Virus record (IMG/VR): IMGVR_UViG_3300022602_000024
Span: 248,001 to 312,000 of that record
Direction: 5' to 3' (one strand)
DNA: 64,000 nt
The position numbers and the translations under genes are program-made. The notes below the pieces were generated by a model that saw nothing but the letters and a program-made list of their open reading frames with translations, had not been told where the DNA came from and searched no databases. Below, in pieces: positions 10,606-20,124 of this stretch; within the stretch, counting starts at the first letter, position 1; the number at the start of each line of letters is the position of its first letter.

Positions 10606-11191
10606 AACTATCTCCTGTTATTGATTCTACTGTCTCTTTAGACTGATAACTATCCCATTTTTTTCTATTCTCTTCACCTAATATATATCTTAGATTTTTC
10701 CTACTACCAATTACTGCTGGAGGTATTCCTAATTCAAATCCTTGTTTATACGGTATAATGTGATCCAATTGGTAATCTGTTTTATGTTTACCAGTTATTT
10801 TAGATATGCCTTCTTTTTTCATAGCATAAACTGTTCTATATGTTGCTCTCCTACACTCCCTTTTATATGCTTCAAATTCATTATCCGTATAGTTTTTTGG
10901 GCGAAGGTTGTTTAATTTACCATCTTTGTTGGGATTATTTTCTAACCATTTTTTTCTTTGGTGTTCATTAGATAATCCTTTATTCCAGCCCCATCCTTTT
11001 TTAAGGCCATCTCTATTTTGTTTTTCCTTTTGTTCTTCACTAAGTGTTATTCCTTTGTTCCAAGGAGTATGCCCGGGGCGGTTATTAGGGTTTTTACAGG
11101 CCTGAGAACAATAATCCAAAAATCGTGGTTTAGTAATAAATGTATCGTTGCAAAAAAGGCACGCCTTTGATATACCATACTTGTTTTTCAT
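10592..11191 (-). CDS. Free-standing HNH-family homing endonuclease
   Basis: CLFC...CSQAC zinc motif, PWNKG/GWNKG NUMOD-like repeats and YQLDHIIP...NLRYI...ENRKK; late promoter at 11197-11202. Confidence 0.82.
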   Translation of the reverse strand: MKNKYGISKACLFCNDTFITKPRFLDYCSQACKNPNNRPGHTPWNKGITLSEEQKEKQNRDGLKKGWGWNKGLSNEHQRKKWLENNPNKDGKLNNLRPKNYTDNEFEAYKRECRRATYRTVYAMKKEGISKITGKHKTDYQLDHIIPYKQGFELGIPPAVIGSRKNLRYILGEENRKKWDSYQSKETVESITGDSYGLQ

Positions 11192-11227
11192 ACAAGTATT
11201 TATGATTGGCGTGCCCGTTTGTGAGTA

Positions 11228-11359
11228 TTATCTTACCGCGGTTGTGTGTTTATGTTTTAAACTCTTTTTAAGAATCTTAAACCAGAATTTCTTTGCTTTT
11301 TCAAGGTTATGCTCAAACTCAGCTCTATTGAGCTTATTAATTAATTTCTGAAGTTTCAT
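11228..11359 (-). CDS. Small basic hypothetical protein (MKLQKLINKLNRAEFEHN...)
   Basis: 43-aa ORF; ATG at 11359 is coupled to the upstream micro-ORF. Confidence 0.55.
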   Translation of the reverse strand: MKLQKLINKLNRAEFEHNLEKAKKFWFKILKKSLKHKHTTAVR

Positions 11360-11462
11360 TTTGTTCTTCCCAAAGTTTAATGGCTTCCCAATAAGAAGCC
11401 CATACACAATTTTCGCAACCACGCCCACAACATGTTGTGGGCTCTTGTGGTTTAGGATACAT
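11337..11462 (-). CDS. 41-aa Cys-rich microprotein of the oxidoreductase-like N-terminal domain type; absent from the ORF track
   Basis: MYPKPQEPTTCCGRGCENCVWASYWEAIKLWEEQNETSEIN; matches the P..P..CCGxGCxxCVW..Y pattern; ATG overlaps the upstream TAA. Confidence 0.8.
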   Translation of the reverse strand: MYPKPQEPTTCCGRGCENCVWASYWEAIKLWEEQNETSEIN

Positions 11463-11782
11463 TAATTGGGAACCGCAACAACTTGCTTAACGCCAGTCTG
11501 TGGATTTACCATCTCTTGCCAGTGATAACCTACAGGTGGTGCTTGTACAACTGTTTGTGGTTGTTGCACAATAACTGGTTGTTGCTCAACAACTACATTA
11601 TTCGGTTGAGCTAGTTCATATCCAACTACACCGCCGATTAGTGCAGGAGCAACCCAACATCCGCCGCAACCATAGCCACCGTGATAATACCCACCGTGCC
11701 ATCCAAATGCACGATATGGGCCATGTGCTGATGCCGCTTGAAAAACAGATATTAACGATAATGCTAATAGTAATTTTTTCAT
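11462..11782 (-). CDS. Secreted or membrane Gly-rich protein
   Basis: Signal peptide MKKLLLALSLISVFQAASA, Gly/His/Tyr-rich segment and WVAPALIGGVVGY; AGGAG Shine-Dalgarno. Confidence 0.75.
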   Translation of the reverse strand: MKKLLLALSLISVFQAASAHGPYRAFGWHGGYYHGGYGCGGCWVAPALIGGVVGYELAQPNNVVVEQQPVIVQQPQTVVQAPPVGYHWQEMVNPQTGVKQVVAVPN

Positions 11783-11801
11783 AATATACTCCTTATAAAC
11801 A

Positions 11802-11830
11802 AGTATACAATATTTATGCTAAAAAGTCAA
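11802..11830 (-). promoter_or_regulatory. Sigma70-type promoter with embedded late motif
   Basis: TTGACT-17 nt-TATACT with TAAATA in the spacer. Confidence 0.7.
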
Positions 11831-11840
11831 TGATTTTTGG

Positions 11841-12275
11841 TTATGCGCCAGCGGCACGTTTGGCCATGCCACTTACGATCTTGCTGGGATCTCCGGCTGG
11901 TGCGCCATGGGCACCCAGGGGATCTGAATCGTCTACTGTGTTTTCTGGTGGTGTTAGATACACATACTTTTCACCAGTGTGATGATCATCGTCGATGCTT
12001 TTGATCATGCCTTTAACAGTTTCATTATCTTTTTGTGCTTTGTCTAATGCAGCATAGTTGAACTGTTCATTGCCGGGAATGGCACGAACACGATCAATAA
12101 CTGTGTCAACTTTAACTCTTGGAGTAACTGCCGAGCTTTCAGCGGCTTCACTACGAAGCCACTCAAGAGTAGATATTAACGCAGCATCGCCACGTGTATC
12201 TGCTTCGTCTTCGATTGCAGACGCTTCCACATCTGCATCAAATTCGCTTTCAAAGATAATTTCTTTAATACGCAT
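11841..12275 (-). CDS. Acidic hypothetical protein, putative head/internal protein
   Basis: N-terminus MRIKEIIFESE; lies in the late gene block. Confidence 0.65.
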   Translation of the reverse strand: MRIKEIIFESEFDADVEASAIEDEADTRGDAALISTLEWLRSEAAESSAVTPRVKVDTVIDRVRAIPGNEQFNYAALDKAQKDNETVKGMIKSIDDDHHTGEKYVYLTPPENTVDDSDPLGAHGAPAGDPSKIVSGMAKRAAGA

Positions 12276-12276
12276 A

Positions 12277-12984
12277 TTAACGACGTGTGCGTCCTAAGTC
12301 TGCGCTACCACCAACTGCTGCATCTGTAGCGGCAAATTGATCTGCACCTGCGTCCAAATCAGCACCACCATCAGCGTCTAGATCACTTTCAGGAGCACCT
12401 AACTCAGCACCGCCCTCAAGGCCTTGGTCTATACCACCTAGGTTCATATCGCCTTGGCCAACTTGTTCACCAGCCAATGTACGGCTAGCATTGTCTGCCG
12501 ACTCACGACCAGAAGTCATGCAATCATACAAACTCTTTAGTACAGGACCAATGGCAGTTTTAAATGCTTCGGCTTGTTCCATGCCAATTTGGTCACGGAT
12601 TGTGTCTACCAGTGCAGGCACTTGTTCGTTTTGCATCTTGGAAACTTTTTCCAACATGTCTTGAATTGAGTCAACAATGTCTTTAGCAGCTAGTACAGCT
12701 TCGCTTTTGCCCATTTCGCTTTCGAATAGGCCTTGCTCACTGTTCAACCATTTGTCTAAGCCTTCTTTGACCAGCATTAGTTCCATGTACTTTGGATTCT
12801 TTTCTGCTGTGTGGCTACCAAAACTACGTTTGATTGCGGTGATATTTTCGCTTAACGCTCGGCTCAAACGTTGTGCTTTTGCATAGGACAAATTATCATA
12901 ATCAATGCTGAAGCCAAAACGACTTTCAGTGATTTTGTTAATTTTTTGTGGCGTTACCGCAGTATGCATTTCAGAGAGTCTCAT
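12277..12984 (-). CDS. Putative prohead core/scaffold-like protein
   Basis: Helical and acidic with a low-complexity C-terminus; start MRLSEM preferred, downstream of a TAAATA motif. Confidence 0.55.
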   Translation of the reverse strand: MRLSEMHTAVTPQKINKITESRFGFSIDYDNLSYAKAQRLSRALSENITAIKRSFGSHTAEKNPKYMELMLVKEGLDKWLNSEQGLFESEMGKSEAVLAAKDIVDSIQDMLEKVSKMQNEQVPALVDTIRDQIGMEQAEAFKTAIGPVLKSLYDCMTSGRESADNASRTLAGEQVGQGDMNLGGIDQGLEGGAELGAPESDLDADGGADLDAGADQFAATDAAVGGSADLGRTRR

Positions 12985-12989
12985 AGTGT

Positions 12990-13517
12990 TTATTCCCAAA
13001 CTTTATTATATTTAGCATGTGTATGTATTTTCGATATTTTGTCCCGAGCAATTTCTAACTGTTTCTGTGCAATTTCTAGCCTTGACTGTCTAATATCCAC
13101 AATTTCGTAGTCTTTTTTTGTTCTTGCCCGGCGTTGACTATTTTGCATAGCCAACACATCTGCATAATTTTTATTTATTTCTTTGTCCAGGGCAATGATT
13201 TCATCTGCCCGGCGTATGTTGTTTTTCATGAGATATACTGCATACAGTATAGCACTGATCTTGTTGTCAAATGTGTGTATGAATTCTCTGTTGGGATCTT
13301 GCACTTCGCAAGTTCGATTCTTGTTTAAAATCAGTGTGTAAAGACCGACTCGGTATCCGTTCTTCAGGGGAATACACAAAGGAGCAGACTGCGCAATTCT
13401 TGCCAGTTCTTTAGTGGTCCAATATGTGATATAGCCAGCCGCTTGGTCAACAAATTCGCTAACCGCCGGGGGCATTGTGTCTTTATTTGATTTTTTTCGT
13501 GTACGTGATCTGGCCAT
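12990..13517 (-). CDS. Hypothetical protein
   Basis: 175-aa ORF with a coiled-coil C-terminus. Confidence 0.7.
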   Translation of the reverse strand: MARSRTRKKSNKDTMPPAVSEFVDQAAGYITYWTTKELARIAQSAPLCIPLKNGYRVGLYTLILNKNRTCEVQDPNREFIHTFDNKISAILYAVYLMKNNIRRADEIIALDKEINKNYADVLAMQNSQRRARTKKDYEIVDIRQSRLEIAQKQLEIARDKISKIHTHAKYNKVWE

Positions 13518-13692
13518 TTTGATTGCGACGCAACAAGATATCTTGTGTGGTTAGTTGATTTGCTATTAGTTGTTCTCGTTCATTGAGACTATTTTTTGAT
13601 ACTGTGGGCTCATGGTCAAAACGACCCAACAAGTCTGCTTGCTCGTTGTTGATAGGCACATGTACTCTATTGAGTAGTTCTACAATTTTCAT
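13483..13692 (-). CDS. Hypothetical protein
   Basis: 69 aa, starts MKIVELL, ATGA-coupled to the upstream gene. Confidence 0.7.
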   Translation of the reverse strand: MKIVELLNRVHVPINNEQADLLGRFDHEPTVSKNSLNEREQLIANQLTTQDILLRRNQNGQITYTKKIK

Positions 13693-13946
13693 TTAAAATG
13701 TGTTGCTAATAATGTTATGATACCGGCGATCATAACACCTAAAATACTTGTGCCGATAGCGATTATTGTTTTATAAGGGCCATTGGCTTTTTCAGTTAGG
13801 GATTCTTTGATGTCAACCAAGTGACCTTCTAACTTGTCCATCCGGTCTTCCAGATTGTTAAGTTTAGTTTCCAAACTGCTATACCTTTCAGCGCATAATT
13901 CTACGTGCGCTTCTAGGCTTTTCTTTTCAATATCCGTACCGGCCAT
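13689..13946 (-). CDS. Coiled-coil protein with one C-terminal TM helix (holin/haemolysin-XhlA-like architecture)
   Basis: Heptad repeats LETKLNNLEDRMDKLE, then hydrophobic IIAIGTSILGVMIAGIITLL. Confidence 0.65.
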   Translation of the reverse strand: MAGTDIEKKSLEAHVELCAERYSSLETKLNNLEDRMDKLEGHLVDIKESLTEKANGPYKTIIAIGTSILGVMIAGIITLLATHFK

Positions 13947-14047
13947 TTTTGTTAATCTTTCTGAGGTGGCGATGCTATTAGTTTTAGTATGCCTTAAAAA
14001 TGAGCCTTAATTATGAGCCTGAGTGGTGCCGTAGCATCAACTATTAT

Positions 14048-14485
14048 TTAGCTGATTTCGCTCTGAACCACATATATGTTCTTGATGCTGCCGTAAGGAT
14101 AGAATATGGGCAACATGAATCTTGCAGTTTCTTCTAAGCCACACACAATAGGTACCTGTTCCAGGTCCTGCAGTAACCCGCCCATTGGGCTGTTAGGCAA
14201 GTCATAGATCCCGTGTTTTTCAACTGCCCACGACCATGTCCAAACAGTCTGGGGTCGCATGTTGTAGAATTCGCCAAATCTGGTACGAGCAATTTCTACA
14301 TTTTGATAGATAATGGGTTCTTGTATGTGCAGGGGTTGAGTACGTAAACCAATGCATTGCAATACTGTTTCCCAGTTGCGTTGTTGATTACGACGTATAT
14401 CATCAGGATCCGAGCTACGTATTACACTAGTGGCAGTAATGTCTACCAATGTATAACCTTTAAAAAATTGTAGTCCTGTGTCCAT
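14048..14485 (-). CDS. Conserved phage hypothetical protein
   Basis: YTLVDIT and RNQQRNWETVLQCIGLR; start moved to the ATG 7 nt after TAAATA (14493-14498). Confidence 0.7.
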   Translation of the reverse strand: MDTGLQFFKGYTLVDITATSVIRSSDPDDIRRNQQRNWETVLQCIGLRTQPLHIQEPIIYQNVEIARTRFGEFYNMRPQTVWTWSWAVEKHGIYDLPNSPMGGLLQDLEQVPIVCGLEETARFMLPIFYPYGSIKNIYVVQSEIS

Positions 14486-14505
14486 GATATAGTATTTATC
14501 GGCCA

Positions 14506-14537
14506 TAAAAAAAGCACTCCTAGAAGTGCTTCTTTTA
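14506..14537 (-). terminator. Rho-independent terminator
   Basis: AAGCACTTCTAGGAGTGCTT hairpin followed by a T-run on the minus strand. Confidence 0.8.
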
Positions 14538-14555
14538 TTTTAACTACACTACTGA

Positions 14556-15011
14556 TTAGGAAGTAGCTAGTTTGAAGTTTACAGAACCAACAACAGTAGC
14601 TGTGTTAGCCCAAATATTACCAGTACCATTACCGATGTTAGCAGTTAAACCTTGGATACGTGTTTGTAATGCTGAAGCAACTGTAGTTGCAGTATAACCA
14701 GAACCTGCAGTAGCAGCAGTGTCAGTACCAGCACCAGATGCTTCTAACAGAATACTGATAGAACCACTGTTAACTTGATACATTGTGATTGTACTGTCAA
14801 CTGCGATAGCACGTAGAATTGTTTCTACTGAACCACCTGTTGCCATATCACCAGCTGCAAAAGTTTGTTGTGAACCAGTTACAACAGAAATTGCGATTGG
14901 GTTCTTTGTCAAACCTGTTGAAATAATACCGCCAAGACCTGCTTGTGCTGTTGCTGAATCGACGTTTACTACGCCATATGAGTCACCTACGTAACGTGTT
15001 TGGATTGCCAT
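14556..15011 (-). CDS. Putative abundant virion structural protein
   Basis: Ala/Thr/Gly-rich; has its own late promoter, a 5' TACGC-GAAA-GCGTA hairpin, an AAGGA SD and a terminator. Confidence 0.6.
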   Translation of the reverse strand: MAIQTRYVGDSYGVVNVDSATAQAGLGGIISTGLTKNPIAISVVTGSQQTFAAGDMATGGSVETILRAIAVDSTITMYQVNSGSISILLEASGAGTDTAATAGSGYTATTVASALQTRIQGLTANIGNGTGNIWANTATVVGSVNFKLATS

Positions 15012-15089
15012 TTTATTTTCCTTTATAAATGTTTACGCTTTCGCGTATGTAAATATTTATGATTTGCGGAAAAAAACGGTATTTTATGC

Positions 15090-16184
15090 TTACTTTGCAA
15101 ACAAGGCTGCACTAAAAGTACCACGGTTTACCAGTTTAACCAGCCCTTGCGGTGTGTTAAACACAAAACCTTCGCCAGCAGGTTTACCATTTACACTTTG
15201 TTGTATACCTTGTACCTGGCGTTCAAGTTGATCTGCTAGGTTTACTTTCAGGGCATATAAACTATTCCATATTGTAAATAGTCCGTTTAGACCTTTGCGA
15301 TTCCTATACAAGTATCCACCTTGGTTATCCCCAATCAAGGATTTGATCTGCTTTGCACTGATTTTGTTAGCAGGATCTTGCAACCAGTCAACCAATTCCA
15401 AGTTAGTTTGACCAGTAATACGTTTATTCATATAGCGTTGTATTGCTTGACGTATTACACCATCTAGTCCTGATAAGAAACTGTCTGCTACTGCACCGTA
15501 CTGGCTGACTGCGTTTTTAGCAGCTTTGGATAACTGCACAGGATCATCCAATTTAAAATTTAATCCGGCGCTGGGTGTTAGTATAACCACCAAGCCATCA
15601 CGTTTGAGTCCTTGCCCAGTCCATTGTACAGGTTTTGCCCCATCATTGGCAAAGTATTGATGCACCACTACTCCGCCTATGCTACGACCAATCTGTTGCC
15701 CTAATGCTGATTTAACCGGAATACGGTATTCTACCACATTGGGCTTGAATTCGTACATGCCTTTAACAGGAGCAAGTCGCTGATACCATAATAAATCGCC
15801 CCAAAAGAATCCAGAGCTTGTACCTACTGCTTCTTCTAATCCTGCCCAAATGTTTTGTAGTTTTGCATACAGGTCTGGACGTAGTCGGCCTGATGCTTTT
15901 TTGCTATCGTATTCTTGCCACCGTGCAGGACTATCTGCAAAGAACTTTGTATCAAACATGTATTTGTCTTGTACAGTAAAACGACCATCAGGCAAACGTC
16001 CAAATATCAATGCAGGAAATCCGTCCCACTTGATAGTAACACTCTGTGGATTTTTAATAACATACTCCAAACTGGCCAAGGCTTGTTGTGCGGCTGCCGC
16101 TCCATCAAATATGCTATCTTCAGGGTGTGGTTGTGCTCCAGTGCGAGCCTCTACCAGCATGTTATTGATAAAATCCAACTTCAT
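15090..16184 (-). CDS. RNA-ligase-like / ATP-grasp nucleotidyltransferase-fold protein
   Basis: Motif I TIKWDG, WGDL, motif IV GEGFV and motif V LVKLV. Confidence 0.65.
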   Translation of the reverse strand: MKLDFINNMLVEARTGAQPHPEDSIFDGAAAAQQALASLEYVIKNPQSVTIKWDGFPALIFGRLPDGRFTVQDKYMFDTKFFADSPARWQEYDSKKASGRLRPDLYAKLQNIWAGLEEAVGTSSGFFWGDLLWYQRLAPVKGMYEFKPNVVEYRIPVKSALGQQIGRSIGGVVVHQYFANDGAKPVQWTGQGLKRDGLVVILTPSAGLNFKLDDPVQLSKAAKNAVSQYGAVADSFLSGLDGVIRQAIQRYMNKRITGQTNLELVDWLQDPANKISAKQIKSLIGDNQGGYLYRNRKGLNGLFTIWNSLYALKVNLADQLERQVQGIQQSVNGKPAGEGFVFNTPQGLVKLVNRGTFSAALFAK

Positions 16185-16954
16185 ACTATGTGCCCCATTT
16201 TACGGAACCAGGCTGCAGTACCAGGTGCATGGTCTTCGGGCAGGGTCAACAAACCTTTGGCTTGATCTTGACGTGCCTGTGCTAGTTTTGCTTCGCGGTC
16301 AGGATCGTTGGCCAAGGCTTTCATTACAGTGGCAACACTGTTTAGGTCTTCGGCTTTTGCTTTGGGATTCAACAACAGTTTAGCTGCGGCTTGACGATTG
16401 TCAGCAACAACTTCATTGTTGTCCCGACGTAGTACTGTACCACCGAAGGCATCAACTTTGACTCCTAGTGCTTTACCAATACTGTTTAACAATATAAACA
16501 ATTGACTGGCCTTGAAGTTAGGGTCATCATACATGCCACGTGGACCATGTTGGTGCCAGTCTGCCACTTTGGCAGCGTTGGGTATGATCATATAATCCAC
16601 TTGTGCAAATGCTTCTCGCCCGTCGGCGTTCTTATAAGGAATGTCTGCATGTACATTACGTCCTTTGACCACTGCAGGAATTTTCTGTGCCGCAAGGTGT
16701 GTTTGTAGGGCTTTTTTGGCCTGTGCAGGATCATCAACACCGTAGTTTTTTAATGTGATTGCTTGATCAATGAATAAGTCAATGTCTCCAGATTTTACTT
16801 TAAACCCAGCTGACCCAATATCTTTAATAACATGGTTTTGTAGTGCAGGTGGTAATAGTCGACGTGCAATTTCTACCACAGTTGGTACATCTTGTTTTAA
16901 TACATCCGTGGTATTGTCAAAGATGGTATGGCTGCTTTCATATACGTACATCAT
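16181..16954 (-). CDS. Pol-beta-superfamily nucleotidyltransferase
   Basis: IGSAG..KSGDIDL and a third acidic residue in QVDYM. Confidence 0.72.
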   Translation of the reverse strand: MMYVYESSHTIFDNTTDVLKQDVPTVVEIARRLLPPALQNHVIKDIGSAGFKVKSGDIDLFIDQAITLKNYGVDDPAQAKKALQTHLAAQKIPAVVKGRNVHADIPYKNADGREAFAQVDYMIIPNAAKVADWHQHGPRGMYDDPNFKASQLFILLNSIGKALGVKVDAFGGTVLRRDNNEVVADNRQAAAKLLLNPKAKAEDLNSVATVMKALANDPDREAKLAQARQDQAKGLLTLPEDHAPGTAAWFRKMGHIV

Positions 16955-17463
16955 AATGCGTGGACTGGTTCTTCTTTTACTTTGCCAAGCTCAGCAGCTT
17001 GGTCATAATACTTGTTAATCTTGCTGATGCTAGTGGAAAGTTTAACTGGGAATAGCCCAGTCTTTGAATCTTTTTTAACTTGCCCTTGTAAATGTTTAGG
17101 GAGTCTAGTTAAGTAATACCCATCCTGTCTTATAATAACATCAATTGTCGGCTCTTCAGGGTACGGAAACCTATATTGTGTTTCATTGTCGGGTAATGTT
17201 TTACTTATATCATTAATTGGTTGAGTTGGCGCAGTTGATACAGGTGGTTGAGTTGGTGCAGTTTGAGCTTGGTCTTTTGGAACCCATTTATTTTGAGCAC
17301 TGTTAAATGACCAATTCTTGTTGTTTGGTCCAGTCCATTGTTGTCCATTTGTTGGATTTAGTGGAATTTGTCGAGATTTATTATAGGATGCGCCCTTGGC
17401 AACCTGTCCAATTTTGCTAAGTGTATCATACCAACTCTCACTTATTATTTCATTAATCTTCAC
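16951..17463 (-). CDS. Hypothetical protein, putative internal head protein
   Basis: GTG start gives MKINEIISES and overlaps the stop of the upstream ORF. Confidence 0.65.
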   Translation of the reverse strand: MKINEIISESWYDTLSKIGQVAKGASYNKSRQIPLNPTNGQQWTGPNNKNWSFNSAQNKWVPKDQAQTAPTQPPVSTAPTQPINDISKTLPDNETQYRFPYPEEPTIDVIIRQDGYYLTRLPKHLQGQVKKDSKTGLFPVKLSTSISKINKYYDQAAELGKVKEEPVHAL

Positions 17464-17701
17464 TGCGCATTCTCCTGACACCGCGACGGAATTTATCGGG
17501 TTCTTGCGTGCGAATGCTGTTAAGTAATCTACGCTCCAACTCTCCGGCTTGTTCAGCATCGTAGTTTTCGCGGATATAGTTTATCAAGTTGATAGCACCT
17601 TGTATTACATGACTGGCCCTACTTTCCACAAGATTTTCACGATCTTTGTGGGTCAGCATGGTGTCTAATTCGTCAAGTATGCTACGAGCTCGCTTTTGCA
17701 A
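17453..17701 (-). CDS. Conserved phage hypothetical protein
   Basis: 82 aa, TTG start with a GGAG SD, downstream of a TAAATA late motif. Confidence 0.75.
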   Translation of the reverse strand: MQKRARSILDELDTMLTHKDRENLVESRASHVIQGAINLINYIRENYDAEQAGELERRLLNSIRTQEPDKFRRGVRRMRSED

Positions 17702-17725
17702 GATTTACTCCAATTTATGTTATAT

Positions 17726-18694
17726 TTATGTTGGGTTAGCAAGTTCCGGGAATACAGTACGCCAGTTAGTGCCTCTGCGTTTATCGCATTTGTCTAAAAA
17801 ATCAAGTGCTTTTTGTTTGTTTTTATACCCTGAGGAAAATATACCCATAACAGGTTGTTGTCTATGTTCGATTTTATCTCCAAGTCTGTTTTCGTTAAAA
17901 TTACTAACCAGCCACAAATTTAGATTATCAAGATTTGCTTGATTTAAAATACCCACAGATGTATTAACGTTAAACATACAATTTACAGGGCTATTATCAA
18001 TGTACCATTGTAAATTATCCGTTACCTGATTCCAGATAGCAGGAAATCTTTGGTACTCAAATCTTTCTCCTATGTCATCAATGCTAAAATCAAGTTGAAC
18101 TAATTTAAATTTACTCCACAAATCTAATAATTCAGCCGATGGCAAAATAGTTCCATTGGTATTATAATCTAGTTCAACTTGTGATTTATGAGGAATTGTC
18201 TGTAAAAAAGTTATATGTTCTTTACTAAGCAATGGTTCGCCACCATTAAAATGAATTAGCCTCAGAGAGCTTGTGTCAAGAGTTTTCCAGAATTGATTTA
18301 CGGATAATTTTTTAATTGGCAAATTTAATTCTTGTTTCCAAGAACTGCTATTTTGCGGACCGCATATTACGCATCTTAGGTTACATGTGTCCCCGGTCCA
18401 ATAGTCTATTTTTGCCAACTCAACATCAGTATTGGTTAAATTTTGACTTTTATACCAGTTGTTTACATTTATTCTTCGGCTGGACCAACCAGACTCTTCT
18501 GTAGATTTACAGGCGCTACATGAACTTGGAAAATTTCCAGTTAGCCATGTTGTTCTTACTTCATTTAAAAACGAATCTTGGTGGAAATTAATGGTATCGG
18601 CTGTATTAGCAGGAGATAAACAACAAGTAGAAAAAGATTGTTGATTATTTTGATACACTATGTTTAAATTTTTAAATGCATCGTAACAAATCAT
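17726..18694 (-). CDS. Radical SAM protein with twitch-like N-terminus
   Basis: CC...CSAC, CNLRCVIC, FNGGEPL, YNTNGT, FSIDD and YQRFP. Confidence 0.9.
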   Translation of the reverse strand: MICYDAFKNLNIVYQNNQQSFSTCCLSPANTADTINFHQDSFLNEVRTTWLTGNFPSSCSACKSTEESGWSSRRINVNNWYKSQNLTNTDVELAKIDYWTGDTCNLRCVICGPQNSSSWKQELNLPIKKLSVNQFWKTLDTSSLRLIHFNGGEPLLSKEHITFLQTIPHKSQVELDYNTNGTILPSAELLDLWSKFKLVQLDFSIDDIGERFEYQRFPAIWNQVTDNLQWYIDNSPVNCMFNVNTSVGILNQANLDNLNLWLVSNFNENRLGDKIEHRQQPVMGIFSSGYKNKQKALDFLDKCDKRRGTNWRTVFPELANPT

Positions 18695-20124
18695 AATCCG
18701 CTTTTTAATCCTGCTAGCATCTGCTTGAGTTTGGTACTTTGTGCATCTCCTGTGACTCTAGGTGCACCACCGGGTTCGATATCCAAGGGATCTGGTATGC
18801 CTGCTTTGAGTGTGGGCTTTTCCCATGTAGATGTTTGTGTTTTGATTTGATTCATGATACTGGTCACTTTAGGAGGGCCATTGCCAGTATCGTTAGAATC
18901 TAACCCAGGATCAGTAATACGCATAGTTTCAATGTTGTATTCCAAATCAATCTTTTGTCCCACGCCTGTACTGTTACGACTTTTCATACACTGAATTTGA
19001 TAGCGTCCACGCTCACGCATTGCACGACTGGTAAAGATACCAAACACATTATCAGCAGTATTAATCTTACTGATACCACCCGAAATATGACTATGATCAA
19101 ATTCAGGTTCATCAACAGCACTACGATTCAACTGACTTGCAGTTACCATCAAGATGCCTAGTTCTTTGGCCAAGTTACGCAGTTCTTCTGACACATACTT
19201 GTCCTTAACAAACAAGTCATTGGGACTTACTTTGGCACTGACTGGCATCAACAAGTCCAGATAGTCTACCATCATAAAGTCAACCTTACGTCCTGTTTGT
19301 ATTTGATATTCTTTTAAGAAACTGCGAATGTCGTTGATATTGCTCTGTGCCGGTAGTGCTTTGACTTGATATGTGCCGGACTTTTTGCCCACCATCTTGA
19401 CCTTAAGTTCTGTTGTTTCAATGTCCTTGCGAATGTCTTTGGTACTCATGCCTGCCAACATGGCATCAGTTCTCAGTGCAGTCATTTCTTCACTTAACTC
19501 TAAACTGATATACACACCGTGTAAGCCTGCTTGCACCCAACTCAGTGCAATGTTCATCATCACTAGAGACTTGCCTGATCCTGATCCGCCAGCAAAGATG
19601 TTTAGTTCACCTCTACTGAATCCACCGTACAACAATCTATCCAGTTGTGGCCAACCTGTACTTACTTGCCCGCCCGAATTAAAATACTTGTTGATACGTG
19701 CCGCAGGATCTGCAAAGTAATCTGTACCTAAGTCTTTGGTTAACGATATCTGCACCGCGTCTTTGATCAATTTTTCTACAGGATCGTAGTCGCCTTTTTC
19801 TAGCAAGTCTGCTGCTTTTAAAATTGCACGTTCCAGTTCCTGCCTACGTGTAAACTGTTCAAACTCATCTGTGAACCAACCAGTGGGCAAAGCAGTAGTT
19901 TCAACTGGTTTTAATTGAACACCATTGGTTGCATTGACTTGTTCAAATGTAGGAAGTGTATTGTATTTGCTGCTGTACTCAGCAATAAACTTAGCAGTTT
20001 CTCTAAGACTGCGATCAAAGTTTTCAGGGTTGTAAATGTTTTGCACACGCACAAATTCTTGTGCGTCACTCATCATGGTTTCTAATAATAATTTTTGTAA
20101 GTCTGCGGAGTATTCTTTTGTCAT
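18691..20124 (-). CDS. DnaB-like replicative helicase (T4 gp41-like)
   Basis: Walker A GGSGSGKS, ISLELSE, MVDYLDL, TASQLNRSA and MKSR. Confidence 0.95.
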   Translation of the reverse strand: MTKEYSADLQKLLLETMMSDAQEFVRVQNIYNPENFDRSLRETAKFIAEYSSKYNTLPTFEQVNATNGVQLKPVETTALPTGWFTDEFEQFTRRQELERAILKAADLLEKGDYDPVEKLIKDAVQISLTKDLGTDYFADPAARINKYFNSGGQVSTGWPQLDRLLYGGFSRGELNIFAGGSGSGKSLVMMNIALSWVQAGLHGVYISLELSEEMTALRTDAMLAGMSTKDIRKDIETTELKVKMVGKKSGTYQVKALPAQSNINDIRSFLKEYQIQTGRKVDFMMVDYLDLLMPVSAKVSPNDLFVKDKYVSEELRNLAKELGILMVTASQLNRSAVDEPEFDHSHISGGISKINTADNVFGIFTSRAMRERGRYQIQCMKSRNSTGVGQKIDLEYNIETMRITDPGLDSNDTGNGPPKVTSIMNQIKTQTSTWEKPTLKAGIPDPLDIEPGGAPRVTGDAQSTKLKQMLAGLKSGL

